The position numbers were made by a program, and so were the translations under genes. The notes below the pieces were generated by a model. It saw only the letters and a program-made list of their open reading frames with translations. It had not been told where the DNA came from and did no database searches. From Eledone cirrhosa (lineage: Eukaryota): DNA of 64,000 bases. Shown here one piece after another: positions 1 through 13,233 of the stretch (positions are counted from its first letter, which is position 1; every line of letters starts with the position of its first letter). The stretch covers positions 230,144,001-230,208,000 of the forward strand of contig OZ024743.1 of the NCBI GenBank assembly GCA_964016885.1, written 5' to 3'.

Positions 1-2136
1 GAAAACCAAATCCACAAAAAAACCTGTACCACGGGAGCGAAAGATCCTGATGCGCAAAAGGTCAAGACTAAGAAACAAAACATCTAAGCTGACATCAAAA
101 CATGAACTACAGAAAGTCCTTGACCAAATATACAGATTAGAAGACAATCTAAAACAACACTATGATGAAGAACGTAACAATGCAGAAAAGAGAGCCATAG
201 AAAATATCAAGAAAAATCCAAAATGTTTCTACAGTTTTGTAAAGAAATACTCGAATACCAAGTCAACAATAGGACCTCTCCAGAGACAAAATGGGGATGT
301 AGTGAATAAACCTATTGAAATGGCAGAAATGTTGGGTCAACAGTATGAAAGTGTCTTCAGTGAGCCATCTAAAACCATGAAGATCCATGAACCAGGAGAA
401 TTCTTCAAGGATATCGACCATAATAAACCTACCCTATCCGACATTGATTTCAACCCAGAAGACATAGAAAGAGCCATAGACAAGCTCTCCATGCACTCGG
501 CTGCGGGCCTGATGGTTTCAATGCCATGATACTTAAAAACTGCAAGGTAAAATTGTTGAATCCCCTTTACATGATATGGAAGGAATCTATGGAGAATGGC
601 AAAATACCAAATAAATATAAAGAAGCACACATAACTCCAATACATAAAGGGGACAGGAAATCAAAACCAAAGAACTACCGACCAATCTCACTGACATCAC
701 ACATTATCAAGGTCTTCGAAAGAATAGTTCGTGGAAAACTGGTTGAGTTCCTGGAATCCAACAATCTGATGAATTGCAATCAGCATGGATTCAGGTTAGG
801 TAGATCATGTCTTTCCCAACTACTGGCACACCATGACCAAATCCTAGAAAATCTAGAGAATGGATACAACACAGATGTTATTTGCCTCGACTTTGCCAAG
901 GCATTTGACAAGGTAGATCATGGCATCCTGGGACACAAACTTCGAAAGCTAGGAGTAGGAGGAAAAGTTGGTACATGGATACATGAGTTCCTTACAAATA
1001 GAACTCAAACAGTCACTGTGAATGGAACCCATTCAACGCCATCACCTGTGACCAGCAGTGTTCCTCAGGGTACAGTACTCGGCCCGACCCTGTTTCTCAT
1101 CCTCATCTCTGACGTAGATGAAGATACAACCAGCAACGTCTCATCCTTTGCTGATGACACCAGGGTCATGAGACAAATCAAAGACGAGGTGGATACAGAG
1201 GCCTTACAAAAGGACCTAACCACCATATACACATGGCAGGAAACAAACAACATGTTGTTCAAGGATAAGAAGTTTGAACTAATCCGCTACGGAACAGATC
1301 AAGATCTGAAAAATACAACAAACTACAGAAACCCACCAGGACAACAAATAATGGAAAAACAGTGTGTGAAAGATTTAGGCATCCACATGGGAACCAGCCT
1401 AAAATTCAGAGAAAACCTTGACTCAGTCTGTCTTACTGCAGGAAAGTACAGCGGGTGGATCTTGCGCACCTTCAAATCAAGAGATACCTCACAATGAAAA
1501 CCCTCTGGAACAGTATGGTACTTCCGAGGATTGACTACTGTTCTCAGTTGTGGTCACCAACAACAAAGGGCCAACTATCTCAGATGGAATCGCTCCAAAG
1601 AAATTTTACCTCATACTTCTATGGAACGAGGGACCTGGACTATTGGCAAAGACTCAAAACCTTGAAGATGTACTCAATAGAAAGAAGATTTGAGCGATAC
1701 CGAATTATATACATTTAGAAAATGATAGAGCAAAAGGTGCCAAACTTTGGTATCAAAACCTACCACTCACTGCGCCACGGAAGACTCTGCCAGCTACCAC
1801 CAGTCAACAAAAGGGCTGGCCAGGCAGCAAAAACCCTGCGAGAGTCAAATCTGTTGGTTCGAGGGGCACAACTATTCAACTCCATTCCGGTACATGTCAG
1901 AAATCTATCAGGATGCAGAGTGGAATCATTCAAATTGCAGCTGGATAGATACTTAAGCACCATTAGAGATGAACCCCATCTCCCAGGATATACACAACGA
2001 GCACAAACTGACTCAAACTCGCTCCTACACATGTCAAAATTAAACAGAGAATCCAACCTGGCAACCACACCAGACTCTGAGAGTGGAGTCTTCGACTTGG
2101 CCTGAGCATGGATTCAAACTCAAATGAAATGAAATG

Positions 2137-2140
<4 letters not shown>
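1..2140 (+). mobile_element. 3' part of a CR1/L2-group LINE ORF2 (reverse transcriptase), pseudogenised
   Basis: ORFs 50-529, 526-1497, 1455-1718 and 1722-2105 join into one RT: NYRPISLTS, QHGFR.GRSC, LDFAKAFDKVDH, VPQGTVLGP, FADD, KDLGI, DYCSQLWSP. Two frameshifts (~520, ~1490) and a TAG at 1716. (AAATG)n tail at 2122-2140 runs into (TA)n. Confidence 0.93.
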
Positions 2141-2193
<53 letters not shown>

Positions 2194-2397
2194 AGTCGCA
2201 GAAACACAAATGCTGGATTTTCACCAATCATCCAGGGGTCCGGGTAAATTTTCCAATCATATTTTTTTGTTTGTTTGACCCGAATTACTTGGTCGTTTCT
2301 ATGGCTGTGCGGATAACACATTGTCTCGTTGATTTGGCCTTTTAACGCATGTTGTAGCTCTGGTTCGTTAGAATCTATTGAGCGCTTGCCACACATC

Positions 2398-2459
2398 TCG
2401 GAAGTTGTTTTTCGCTAATTTCCAATAGCCGAAATGCGATTCTCGCCAATTTATATTTG

Positions 2460-2545
<86 letters not shown>

Positions 2546-2573
2546 CGCATACACATACACATAAACATATACG

Positions 2574-2605
<32 letters not shown>

Positions 2606-2785
2606 TATATATATATAATATTAAGGATACTATTTATGGTTATGTATATATTAAACTTTGTATAGTTATGTATATTTTAAACCCTAAACAGTGAAAGTCA
2701 GTAATTTATTACTACCTTATTACTATATATTACTTATACCTACTTATTACTTATATATACATATATACATATATATAAATATATT

Positions 2786-2877
<92 letters not shown>

Positions 2878-3103
2878 CGTATATATATATATATATATAT
2901 ACGTATATATATATACGTATATATATATATACGTATATATATACGTATATATAAATACGTATATATATATATATATATATATATACGTATATATACGTAT
3001 ATATATATACGTATATATACGTATATATATATACGTATATATGTGTATATATATATATACGTATATATATATATATATATATACGTATATATATATACAT
3101 ACG

Positions 3104-3136
<33 letters not shown>

Positions 3137-3202
3137 GTATGTATATATATACACATATATATATATATATATACACATATATATATATATATATATATAT
3201 AG

Positions 3203-3265
<63 letters not shown>

Positions 3266-3322
3266 AATATAAATTAGCGAGAATCGTTTTCAGCTCAGGA
3301 ATTAACGAAAATCAACGTCCGA
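2398..3322. repeat. Imperfect ~65-bp inverted repeat (2398-2462 / 3262-3322) bracketing ~800 bp of (TA)n/(TACG) microsatellite
   Basis: tcggaagttgtttttcgctaattt...gattctcgccaatttatattt is the approximate reverse complement of aaatataaattagcgagaatc...aattaacgaaaatcaacgtccga. Confidence 0.75.
2628..2725. repeat. Short dispersed repeat; reverse-complement copy at ~42240-42332
   Basis: tatttatggttatgtatat...aaaccctaaacagtgaaag.cagtaat.tattactaccttattac matches the reverse complement of 42240-42332. Confidence 0.65.
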
Positions 3323-3330
3323 TATATATA

Positions 3331-3425
<95 letters not shown>

Positions 3426-3437
3426 GTATGTATATAA

Positions 3438-3472
<35 letters not shown>

Positions 3473-3490
3473 TGTATGTATGTATGTATG

Positions 3491-4071
3491 TCAGGTCACC
3501 AGTACAACCTACCTCATTGTCGGGTTGTTGGCGACTAAACTGGCAACCCCACCAAGGTTTCCTGGTGAGGAGGGTGACTTTGGACATCCTGCAGGACTAA
3601 AAACAAAACTTGTCAAAGGGCAAAGGGGCTCTTAAGAGTCAATGGCCATCCAAAATCACCAAGAGAGATGACCCCTTAGCCTTTGTCAAGGCAGAATTCT
3701 AGGAGAAGGAAAACTCTGATATAACACCTGCAACCCTGATGGTATCCAATAATGTTGACTTGTTCTTTTTGGTAAATATCATCTTGGTTAAGAGAGTGGG
3801 ACTGGCTTTGTGCAGTGCCTTTGCTCACTATAAAAGCTTCACGGCACAGGCATTGCTTTGTATCTGGAGATCTCTCTGCACTTGTCGTCACATGGTACGA
3901 TGGGCCCAGCACTATGTGTCAATAATTCTCACAACTGTAGTGTTTGTACCAGATTTTCAAGTCGCTGGCTGGATTAAAAGTCACACTCTTTCAGCGCATC
4001 GGTAGGTGTTCTCCTACATGGATATAAAGTAGTGGCCGTACTCGAAAACAGAGAACGAGTTGGCAGCAACC
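3491..4071 (+). mobile_element. Probable non-autonomous RTE-type LINE 5'-UTR-derived element in (TATG)n
   Basis: Flanked by atgtatgt on both sides. Contains ctaggagaaggaaaactctga, which I recall from RTE-clade 5' UTRs. No coding capacity. Confidence 0.4.
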
Positions 4072-4263
4072 ATGTATGTACGTATATATATTCTGCGGCC
4101 TCGATATGAATACCCCCTCCGCCGCCGTGGTATTTTCTTCGTGGTTATAAGAGGCTTGGCTCTGTTTCTCGACCGTTATATCGCGTGACTATCTCCCCCT
4201 CCGCCTTTTGGGATTCTTTCTCACGTCGTGTAGACGCGTTCTTGAGAATAGTAAAATGAGGTA

Positions 4264-4353
4264 TCCTCTTGATAAGTCGGCAGACCTCGCAGGGACTCTA
4301 TATCTTTATGATATATTGTTTTTGTTTATGCCACGAAACTACGTAGTCGAGGA
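4264..4353 (+). ncRNA. Type I hammerhead ribozyme, U3-A8 core variant
   Basis: tcctc-TTGATAA-gtcggca[..]tgccac-GAAA-ctacgtag-TC-gagga. Stem I tcctc/gagga; stem III ACTACGTAGT is palindromic; predicted cleavage after C4348. Confidence 0.85.
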
Positions 4354-4858
4354 ATTTAGGAGCAGTTTAGGTATGATACATTTTATTACTAATTATATCT
4401 AAATGTTTCTTCTCTCTTCATAATGTATTTTTAACTCTGATACTGGTTCAGTCTGGTTCAACTGAATTGGTCTGTCCCGGTCATTCATTGAGCAACATCG
4501 GTGAAGTTGGCACCCTTAACTCACAGTTGGGTGCGGATGCATTCATGTATATATGTGTGTGTCCGCATGTATCTGTGTGTTTCTAAATATATTGTTAATA
4601 ACTCCCTCTGGTCGAGCAATCTTTGAAGTGTGGGGACAACTGGAAAGCTTCCATTACTCATACTTCTAGCCTTTTTCACCACCTCTTCTGCGGCCTCGAT
4701 ATGAATACCCCCTCCGCCTCCGTGGTATTTTCTTCGTGGTTATAAGAGGCTTGGCTCTGTTTCTCGACCGTTATATCGCGTGACTATCTCCCCCTCCGCC
4801 TTTTGGGATTCTTTCTCACGTCGTGTAGACGCGTTCTTGAGACTAGTAAAATGAGGTA

Positions 4859-4948
4859 TCCTCTTGATAAGTCGGCAGACCTCGCAGGGACTCTATATCT
4901 TTATGATATATTGTTTTTGTTTATGCCACGAAACTACGTAGTCGAGGA
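4859..4948 (+). ncRNA. Type I hammerhead ribozyme, second tandem copy
   Basis: Identical to 4264-4353; predicted cleavage after C4943. Confidence 0.85.
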
Positions 4949-5185
4949 ATTTAGGAGCAGTTTAGGTATGATACATTTTATTACTAATTATATCTAAATG
5001 TTTCTTCTCTCTTCATAATGTATTTTTAACTCTCTCTGATACTGGTTCAGTCTGGTTCAACTGAATTGGTCTGTCCCGGTCATTCATTGAGCAACATCGG
5101 TGAAGTTGGCACCCTTAACTCACAGTTGGGTGCGGATGCATTCATGTATATATGTGTGTGTCCGCATGTATCTGTGTGTTTCTAA

Positions 5186-5259
<74 letters not shown>

Positions 5260-5263
5260 TATA

Positions 5264-5382
<119 letters not shown>

Positions 5383-5398
5383 TTATATATATATATAT

Positions 5399-5430
<32 letters not shown>

Positions 5431-5729
5431 CCACAAACAAACACATCTATTCGTCCGTCTCTGTGTACATTCATATATACATGAGTGTAGTTTCCGGTGC
5501 AATCATTTTATTGACTGTTTGTGAATATATTTTTGTTTTTAATAAGTTTCGGCCACTCGTTTGATAAACGGAAACACTTCAAATGGAATTAATGGACCCA
5601 TAATGAGTTTAATATCGTTTGCTTGTGTTTTAGAAGCCACGAACCTTGTGTATTTGTGTATGCTTTTTATAATACGGTTATAGTCGCGTATATGTGTATG
5701 TTTATATATATATATATAATTACATATAC

Positions 5730-5797
<68 letters not shown>

Positions 5798-5831
5798 ATA
5801 TATATAATTATATATATATATATATATATAT

Positions 5832-8800
5832 AATGGAAAAATTTGAACAGGGACAAAACAGAGAGGCAGTACAACGAATGTTTATTAATTTCACGCTCTG
5901 GAGAGTGGGGTGTTGGTGGGGGACAACGTTTCGGGCATAAGCCCTTCCTCAGGTGAGAAGTGTGGGGGAATAGAGTTCAAAGGGTGTGTAGGGGAGTGGT
6001 GGAGAGACATATAGCGAAAGGAAACGGTGCGAATGAAAAAATAAAAAATAAAGATAAAAATAAAAATAAAGCATGATCAAAATACAAGGAATGCGATAAA
6101 TTTAAATATGAAGGCATGATCAAAATAAACTGAAATTAAAAGAGGGGTAAAACAGGTGGTGGAAGGGTGTGTGGTGTGTAGGGGTGGTGGCGGGTGGAGT
6201 GGGAGAGGGAGACGGGGTGTCCGAGCGGGGATGGCTGAAGGTGGTGTGTGTGTGTAGGTGTGCGTGTGTGTGTGTGTGTGTGTGTATGTGAAAGTAAGGG
6301 TCGGGGGAAGAACGGGGTTGCATGTTCAGGAAGAGGTGTGTGTGGGGGTTTTGTGGGTCGGAGTGTCTGTGCGTGTGTGGATAGAGGGGTGGGGTGAGGA
6401 ATCAGGAGGCTGAGGGTGTAAATATGTGGTGGAAAGCACGCGTGTGTGGGGTTTAAGCGTGTTGTGGGTGTAGGTGGCGTGTGGATGAAAAAAATGTTGG
6501 GGGTGTGTGTGTGGGTGAATTATATAGGTGATTACGTAAGAGGATGGTTTAAAAGTAGGTAAATTCCGAAGATGTTTAGTGGATTCGTTGTTGGTCAATT
6601 TCTGCGTGTGGGTATTCCATGAAGCGATGGTCGGAAGAGGAGAGATGTAGTGTGCGCGCGCAACAGGAAGTGGTCAAGCAGTGGGGGGGGGGGGGGCTGT
6701 GTGTCTGTTTGTGTTGGGAGGTGGTCAGAGGGCATAGCAGCAATCGGTGGAATGGTAAAGGGGCGAGGATGGGTAGCTGTGAAAGTTGGAGTGAGGAGGG
6801 TGTGTGTGTGTGTATTAGTAGAGGTGTTAGTGGGATGAGTGAGTGTGGAGCGAGGGTGTGGGTGGAGCGGGGAGAGAATGGTGTGTGTGGTTCTATGGAG
6901 GGAGTGAGGTGTACTGGTGTGTGTCTAGTTTGATGAAGAGGTGTTAGTGGGTGTTAGTATACGGGAGGTGGTGAGGGGTTGAATGCAGGTGTGAGTGGGG
7001 GTTAGTGGTGGTAGGGTGTATTGAGTTGGTGGTGTACGAGGGTGTGGGTACGTGTGCGTGGTGTTGGGGGGTGTTAGTGATGTTAATTGCGTGCGGGGTG
7101 GGTGGTGTAAGTGGGTGCGTGTGTTCGTGTGCTTGTGGTTAGGGGGTGTTAGTGAGGTTAGTATCGGGGTTGTGGGATGGAGGTGTGGGGGGTGAGAGGT
7201 GTAGGGGTGAGGGTTAATGGTGGTAGTAGGGTGTGTGTTTAGTGTGAGCGCGTGTATATATGTGCCGGTGGGTGTGTGCGGGTGAAAAGGAGGGGGGAGG
7301 AGAAGAGGGGAGGGATGTTAGTATGTGATTTGGGGAAGGGTGGTCAGATGAGAGGTGGAGTGGAGGTGTTAGTATTGTTAGTTGTGGGGTGGGCGGTGAA
7401 AAGGAGGGGTGTGTTAGTGGTGTTAGTGGGGGATAAGTGTGGGGGGAGGGGGATGGTCGAAGGCTAAAGGAATAAGGGTGGGGAGTTCAGGCCGGGGGAG
7501 TGTGGGTCTGTAAGATGAAGATAGTTCGTTGTTCGACCGTAAGGCGATTGGCGGGTGTTCCGTGGCACTGGAGTAGGCCACAGACTGTGAGATGGCGTGC
7601 GGAATGCCTAGGGCCACCAAAGTGCCGGGCGATGTGGGAACTGCCCCCGAGACGCGGGTGAGAGTGAGAGCGGTGTGGACGAGAGGGGAGTGGGGGGGGG
7701 GCGTAACCTCTGCGGATGAAATGGCTGACTAGGGAAAGGGCCTGGGACTCAAAGTCAGCATCTCGGCTACAGAGGCGGCGGATACTGAGAAGTTGGGAGT
7801 AGGGAATGGAGTGTTTAGTGTGGGTGGGTAGGGTGGGAAGAGGTGAAGTCGAGGTAAGAGTGGGAGTCGGTGGGAGTCGGTGGGTTTGAAGAAGGCGGAG
7901 GTGACGAGGGAGTGGTGGGAGGGGTCGAAGGCGACGGAGATGTCTAAGAAGTGGACGTGGGTGGTGGAGATAGAGGTGGTGAAGTGGAGGGAGGGGTGGA
8001 AGGAGCAGAAGAAGGGGAGAAAGGAGTCGAACTGTTCTCGGGTGAGGGTCGTGGCTCGTACAGTTCGGGCGTGGGGCCGGTGTACTGGGCAAAGATTTGG
8101 GCCTCAACATGGCCAACAAAAAGGCTGGTATAGTTCGGGCCCATTCTTGTACCCATGGCTACCCCCGTGACCTGTTGGTAAAACTCACCCGAGAAGGAGA
8201 AACAATTCAGGGTGAGGACCAGCTCGGCGAGGCGAAGGAGGGTGGGGGTGGAGGGAATGGGGAGGGGCGAAGGTCGAGGTAGTTTTCGAGGGCGCGAAGG
8301 CCGTCGGCGTGGGGGATGACGGTATAGAGTGACTTGATGTCTAGGGTGAAGAGGAAGGAATGTGGGCCGGGTGGGTAGGTGAAGGAGTCGAAAAGGCGCA
8401 GGGCGTGGTTGGTGTCGGAGATGTGGGAGGGGAGGGTTGTGACAAGGGGGGCGAGGAGGGAGTCGAGAAAGGCGGAGATGAGTTCGGTGGGGCAGTTGCA
8501 AGCGGAGACGATGGGGCGGCCGGGGTTGTCGGGTTTGTGGAGTTTGGGGAGGAAGTAGATGGTGGGGATGCGGGGGTGAGGACGATGAGGTGGGAAGCGG
8601 GGGGGGGGGGGGGGAGGCGATAAGGTCTTTGATGGTGGAGGAGACTTGTTGTTGGTAGAGGGGGGTGGGATCGGAGGGTAGAGGGCGGTAAAAGAGGGGG
8701 TTACAGAGCTGCCTGAGAGCTTCGGCCGTGTAGAGGTCCGCGCGCCACACCACTACGGCGCCTCCCTTGTCCGCCGGTTTGATGACGATGTCATCTCGGC

Positions 8801-10094
8801 TACGGAGGGAGCGGAGAGCGAGGAGTTCGCCCCGTGAGATATTGTACCGTTTGGAACGGTGGCGGAAGTCGAAACGATTTACTGCGCTACGGCTGGCATC
8901 GACGAAAGCGTCCAGGGTGCTAAATTACCCTGGGGCCGGCGTCCAAGAAGATGGTCGTCGGCCCAGGGTGAGAAACGGGTCTGGGGCGTCCGGAGCCGGT
9001 GGCGTTCGGCCGAAATGTGCCTGTAGCTTAGTGCGTCGCACGAATCGCTCGACTTCCGTTCGGGTGCGGAACTCGTCGCTGTGCGGAGTGTGGGGTATGA
9101 AGCGAAGGCCTCTACTAAGGAGTGAGCGCTCAGGTGCGGGGAGGGGGTGGTCAGGGGGTATGGTGACAACAAGGGGGTGGGGGTGGAGATTGGGTAGGGG
9201 GGTCGAGGGAGAGGTGGAGAGTGGTGGGCGTATGGGGATGGGCGGGTGGTGGTGGATGGAGGGGGGAGTGAGTGTAGCTTGCGGGCTTTGGTGGAGCTGA
9301 GGAACGAGAAGAGGTTGTGGTTGAGGTTTTGGATGAAGGAGAGGATGGCTTGGGCGAGGAGGGGGCGGCAGGTGGAGTTAAGGCGGAGGAGGGTGGGGGT
9401 CAGTTGGTGGTCAAGTTGGCGGAGGATGGAACGGGTGGCGCGGATGGAGTTGCGCATCAGGAGGCGTGAGGATCGGGTGAGGATACGTTGCGTGCAGGGG
9501 GAAGCGGCGGGGGAAGGGTGGAAGTGTGGACGGAAGCCGAGGGGGATAAGGTGGAGGCGGAGGCAGTGGCTGAGGAAATGGATGTGGCTGGAGTGCCGGG
9601 TTTTGGCGAAGAGAAGGTAGGAGAGTTGAAGGGCAGAGGGGAGATAGCAGGGTGGGATAAGGGGGGTGAGGAAAAGTTTGAGGCGATTATGTAGTTGGTG
9701 GACAAATGATCTTAGGTTGGGCATGATGGGCGTTGGGTGAAAGCAGGGGAGGGATGAGAAGGCAGGGGTGTGAAGCGGGGTGGAGTGAACGAAGGGGTAA
9801 GTGCGAAGGATAGGCAGAGACGGGGAAGGGAAAATGAAACAGAAAAACGTAGGGAGGGGGGAGTAAACACAGGAAAATTAAAGACAAAAAATCATAAAGG
9901 TAAAAAATACAGGCGATCGTGAACAAAAACTCATAAAGGTAAAAACACAGGCAATCGTGAACAAAAAATCATAGAAATACAATTTTAAGAACACAGGCAA
10001 AGAATCTTATACGGAAAAAAACAAGTACAGTAACAAAATCAAACAGAGGTAATGCGTGGAAGGAAAGACCAAGTGTGGGAAGGGGTGTAAAGTT

Positions 10095-10098
<4 letters not shown>
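5832..10098 (-). mobile_element. Penelope-like element (Neptune-like), near full length, frameshifted and internally deleted
   Basis: Minus ORFs 8879-9724 (HIHFLSHCLRLHLIPLGF), 7944-8753 (LVLTLNCFSFSGEFYQQVTGVAMGTRMGPNY) and 7487-8119 (SIPYSQLLSIRRLCS; endonuclease tail HFGGPRHS..L.V.GL..EQRTIFIL.T..P). About 1.6 kb of C/A-rich 3' UTR ends with an HHR, AATAAA and (TA)n. Confidence 0.88.
5922..5954 (-). ncRNA. Minimal PLE-type hammerhead ribozyme
   Basis: Minus strand: ac-CTGAGGA-agggc ttat gccc-GAAACGTT-gt, with a very short stem I and ACGT palindromic stem III. AATAAA lies ~35 nt downstream. Confidence 0.7.
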
Positions 10099-10128
<30 letters not shown>

Positions 10129-10160
10129 AGAAAAACCATAGACGCTCCATCTCAACTCTA

Positions 10161-10196
10161 CTTTTGAAAAGCAGAAGAGCTGCGAAACCGGTAAAG
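10161..10196 (+). ncRNA. Minimal hammerhead, U3-A8 variant, in a ~140-bp PLE-end fragment between (TA)n tracts
   Basis: ctt-TTGAAAA-gcag aagag ctgc-GAAA-ccgg-TA-aag. Confidence 0.75.
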
Positions 10197-10266
10197 GAAC
10201 CAAATAGATATATAAATTTAAAAAAAAAATAAGACTCCAGTTGCATTTTCGATTACATCTTTTTTT

Positions 10267-10353
<87 letters not shown>

Positions 10354-10548
10354 ATACATGGGGAGGGTCATATTTGTGTAATAATATTGCCAGAATTAAT
10401 AACAGAACACTCTCACTGTTTGGTTCGTTTTCGCTCCTGTGTTGTTTATATCGGTTAATTTAATTTATTCGGTCCTCAATGTTACCATTGACTGACCAAC
10501 GGTCAAAAATACAGATGCAATATAGGCACAAACATATATATATAGTCT

Positions 10549-10590
10549 AACAAAGTTCTTTCGTTGCACATCTGCAACATCGTCAGTGTT
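10549..10590 (-). ncRNA. Hammerhead ribozyme in the 3' pLTR
   Basis: Minus strand: aaca-CTGACGA-t-gttgca gatg tgcaac-GAAA-gaac-TT-tgtt. Confidence 0.8.
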
Positions 10591-13233
10591 GCTATTATGT
10601 TTCATTCCGTTGTATTGTATGCCTACGCCATCTTTATTTAGTCTGTTTATTTATTTATTTATTTATTTATTTTTGTTGTCTTCTCTGCGCATGCGTTTGC
10701 ATGTGTGTATAGTGTTTTGTTTGATGTGTTCGTGTTCGGGTGACTGTGTATTGGTTATTGTATTCTATGTTTACTAGTGTGTGTTTATATGTGTTTGTTG
10801 TTATTGTGCTTGTGTATGTATTTATTTATTTATGTATACTTCTCTTAGGTCAGTGTTTGTTTTGATGTTGTTGTTATTCCATTCATTTTTTCTGTATAGC
10901 CTTGGCCTTCTAAGTTCTATTTCGCTGGCTTCTCTGATTTGCCTATCTGCTGGGTAATTTCTATGTTTAGATATTATTCTAAATTATATGTTGTCTATGT
11001 TACCGTCGTGTTGTTGTCTGGCATGTTCGTATAGTACTGAACCGTTTTTTCGTCCTTTTAGTTGCCCCCAGTGTTGGTCTATCCTTTCACCTATGCTACG
11101 AGCTGTCTCGCCTATGTATGTTGTTGTCATGTTTCTGCGAGTACCCTCTGTACATCTTATGCAATAGACTGCGTTTCTAGTTTTACAGTTTATCCGTGGG
11201 TTTACTTTACATGTAATACATTTCCTATTAGTACAGTGGGTTTTCTTAAAAGGGTAGGTTTTGCTGATTAGGGATTTTATGGTGGTTCCGGGCTTTTCTA
11301 CCACCTTAATATTTAAGTGGGTATTTCTTGGGGCCTTTCTACACTGGTTAGCTAATTTGCACAAACATGACACTCTATATCTCTGTTTGTCGTACCATGA
11401 GGTGGCTTTCCCTACCTTATGTCTAGTCCTATCTAAGCTATTCCATGATTTGCTCCTGTATAATGGGAAAATTCCTTTCATGTCCAGTTCTATGAGGGTC
11501 TTACACTTCTCCGTGGCTCCTTCGTATACACTGATTCTGTCTCTTTGGTTGTAGCCAGAGAACTGCATGCGGTTGATGAAGTGTTGTATGTATCTTTCCA
11601 TTTCTGTTGGGTCACACATGCGGGACACATTCTTCACCACTCGTACCAAATCTGCGATCAGAATATTAAACTTAGCACTACTGGACATTGCTGAGTTTTT
11701 GAGTACTACGTATTTGGAGGCCATGGGTTTAGCATAATGTGAGTGGAGAATTTGGGCTCTCTCGTCTATAGTTTCGTGGCTAATACAGGTAGTCTATTGT
11801 AAGGGTGTTTGGAAGGGTAGACGATAGGTACAGTTATACTCTGGTGTATGGAATTAGCTATCTGCTGGATGCTTTCCATTGTGCTACGTTCTAAATCAAA
11901 CTTGTTAGTACTCTCTAGTTGGGATGTCCTTATTACTATATTGATGTCGTCTACGTAACGAGAGTACATGATGTGGTCTATGGAGCCCTCATCAAGGAGA
12001 TCTTTGAGTCTCCTTTCCCAGCATACCATAAAAAGTTTGGCAACGTCACCAGCTATGCTGACGCCAATGGCTGCTCCCTCATTTTAGGTGTAGATCTTCT
12101 CGTTGAATTTGAATATGCGGCCCTTTAGGGTAGTTTTGATACCAGCCCCTATTGCATGTGCGACCATTTTTCTTACCTGATCATTTTTTTTTATTTTTGG
12201 GGGGGGGGGGCGTATTGCTTTGATCCACCCAATCCACCTTCCCATGGGAGTCTTTTTTGCCATTGAGGTTATGGTGGGGTGTCTACCTCTTATGGGTCCA
12301 CTGGGGCAGAAACGTCTAAGGTCATGGCTGTCTATGTAGTCAGTGTCATAGGGAAGTCTACGTAGGAGGCTCAGTTCGTCTGTGTCGACGTCGCAGAACT
12401 CCACCTCACTCTCAATGATCATCTCCACACATTTTCCCACAGTAAAATCAATGTTAATGGATGGGTACAGTGATACCACATCCATACTGCCTATTATGCA
12501 GTTGGATAGGTTCCTGTTTTTGTTGCACTCACTGATTCTGCTGAGGAGGTCCTCTGTACTGTCACATACATCTGGGGACATCTTCATTATGGGGCGTATA
12601 ACCATTGAGAGGAAGTAGGAGATCCTGTAGTTGCTATCTATATTTGCTCCGCATACAGGTCTTGTTGGTGGTCCTGTTGTCGGGTGGTCGACTGTCTTGT
12701 GGTCTTTGCGGAGCCCATACAAGGGTGGTATGCCATTGTTAGACGCCTGGAAGTTGTTGGCAGTGCGTCTGCTTTGATTTAGGATGTCGGTCCACATCAT
12801 GTGAGCGTTGAGGATTTTCTCTCTCCCATCAAGTATTTTACCGTGCAATTTCGCTCGTGTTGGTGATATGGGGTTGCATAGCCTTAATGTAGTTCGGCAT
12901 GCTGTCTATTGACATCCTACCAGACTTATCCGTAGGTAGACATACTACCTCACCATCCCTTGTGCGCTGCTTGAGGCTAACCAAGATTCTACAGGTTTCC
13001 TCCCAAGTTGTTGGACCTCTAGTCTCCTCTGTCTCTTAGTATACCGGTCTACTATTTGTCTAATCTTATTTCTAGCTATTGTGAACTGTGCCCCTGTCTC
13101 GTCATCTGTTTGTTGTGGTATGCAAATCCTTTTATTAAAAGGTAACCTCGTAGGATAGATATTACCCACCTTATATGTTTTGTCAGCTGGATTGAAGAAT
13201 AGTTTCTCTAAGGGGTTGTCATTATATCTATCG

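Larger units (their letters stand above)
4091..5190 (+). mobile_element. Non-coding tandem duplication (period 595 bp), each copy with a hammerhead ribozyme: retrozyme-like non-autonomous PLE
   Basis: 4091-4592 and 4686-5191 are nearly identical. The identical spurious ORFs at 4208 and 4803 confirm the 595 offset. Flanked by TA/TATG repeats. Confidence 0.8.

Noticed and set aside
2368-3600. Many YIYI/HTHT/VCVC ORFs here and throughout the window
   Set aside because: Translations of (TA)n, (CA)n and (TG)n microsatellites, which lack stop codons.
4208-4997. Duplicated 64-aa ORF
   Set aside because: TTG start, no recognisable motif, overlaps the ribozyme, and is not preserved in the relative at 55870-56078.
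5538-5586. HHR-like motif on the minus strand (TTGAAGT...GAAActta)
   Set aside because: Core and stems I and III are not convincing.
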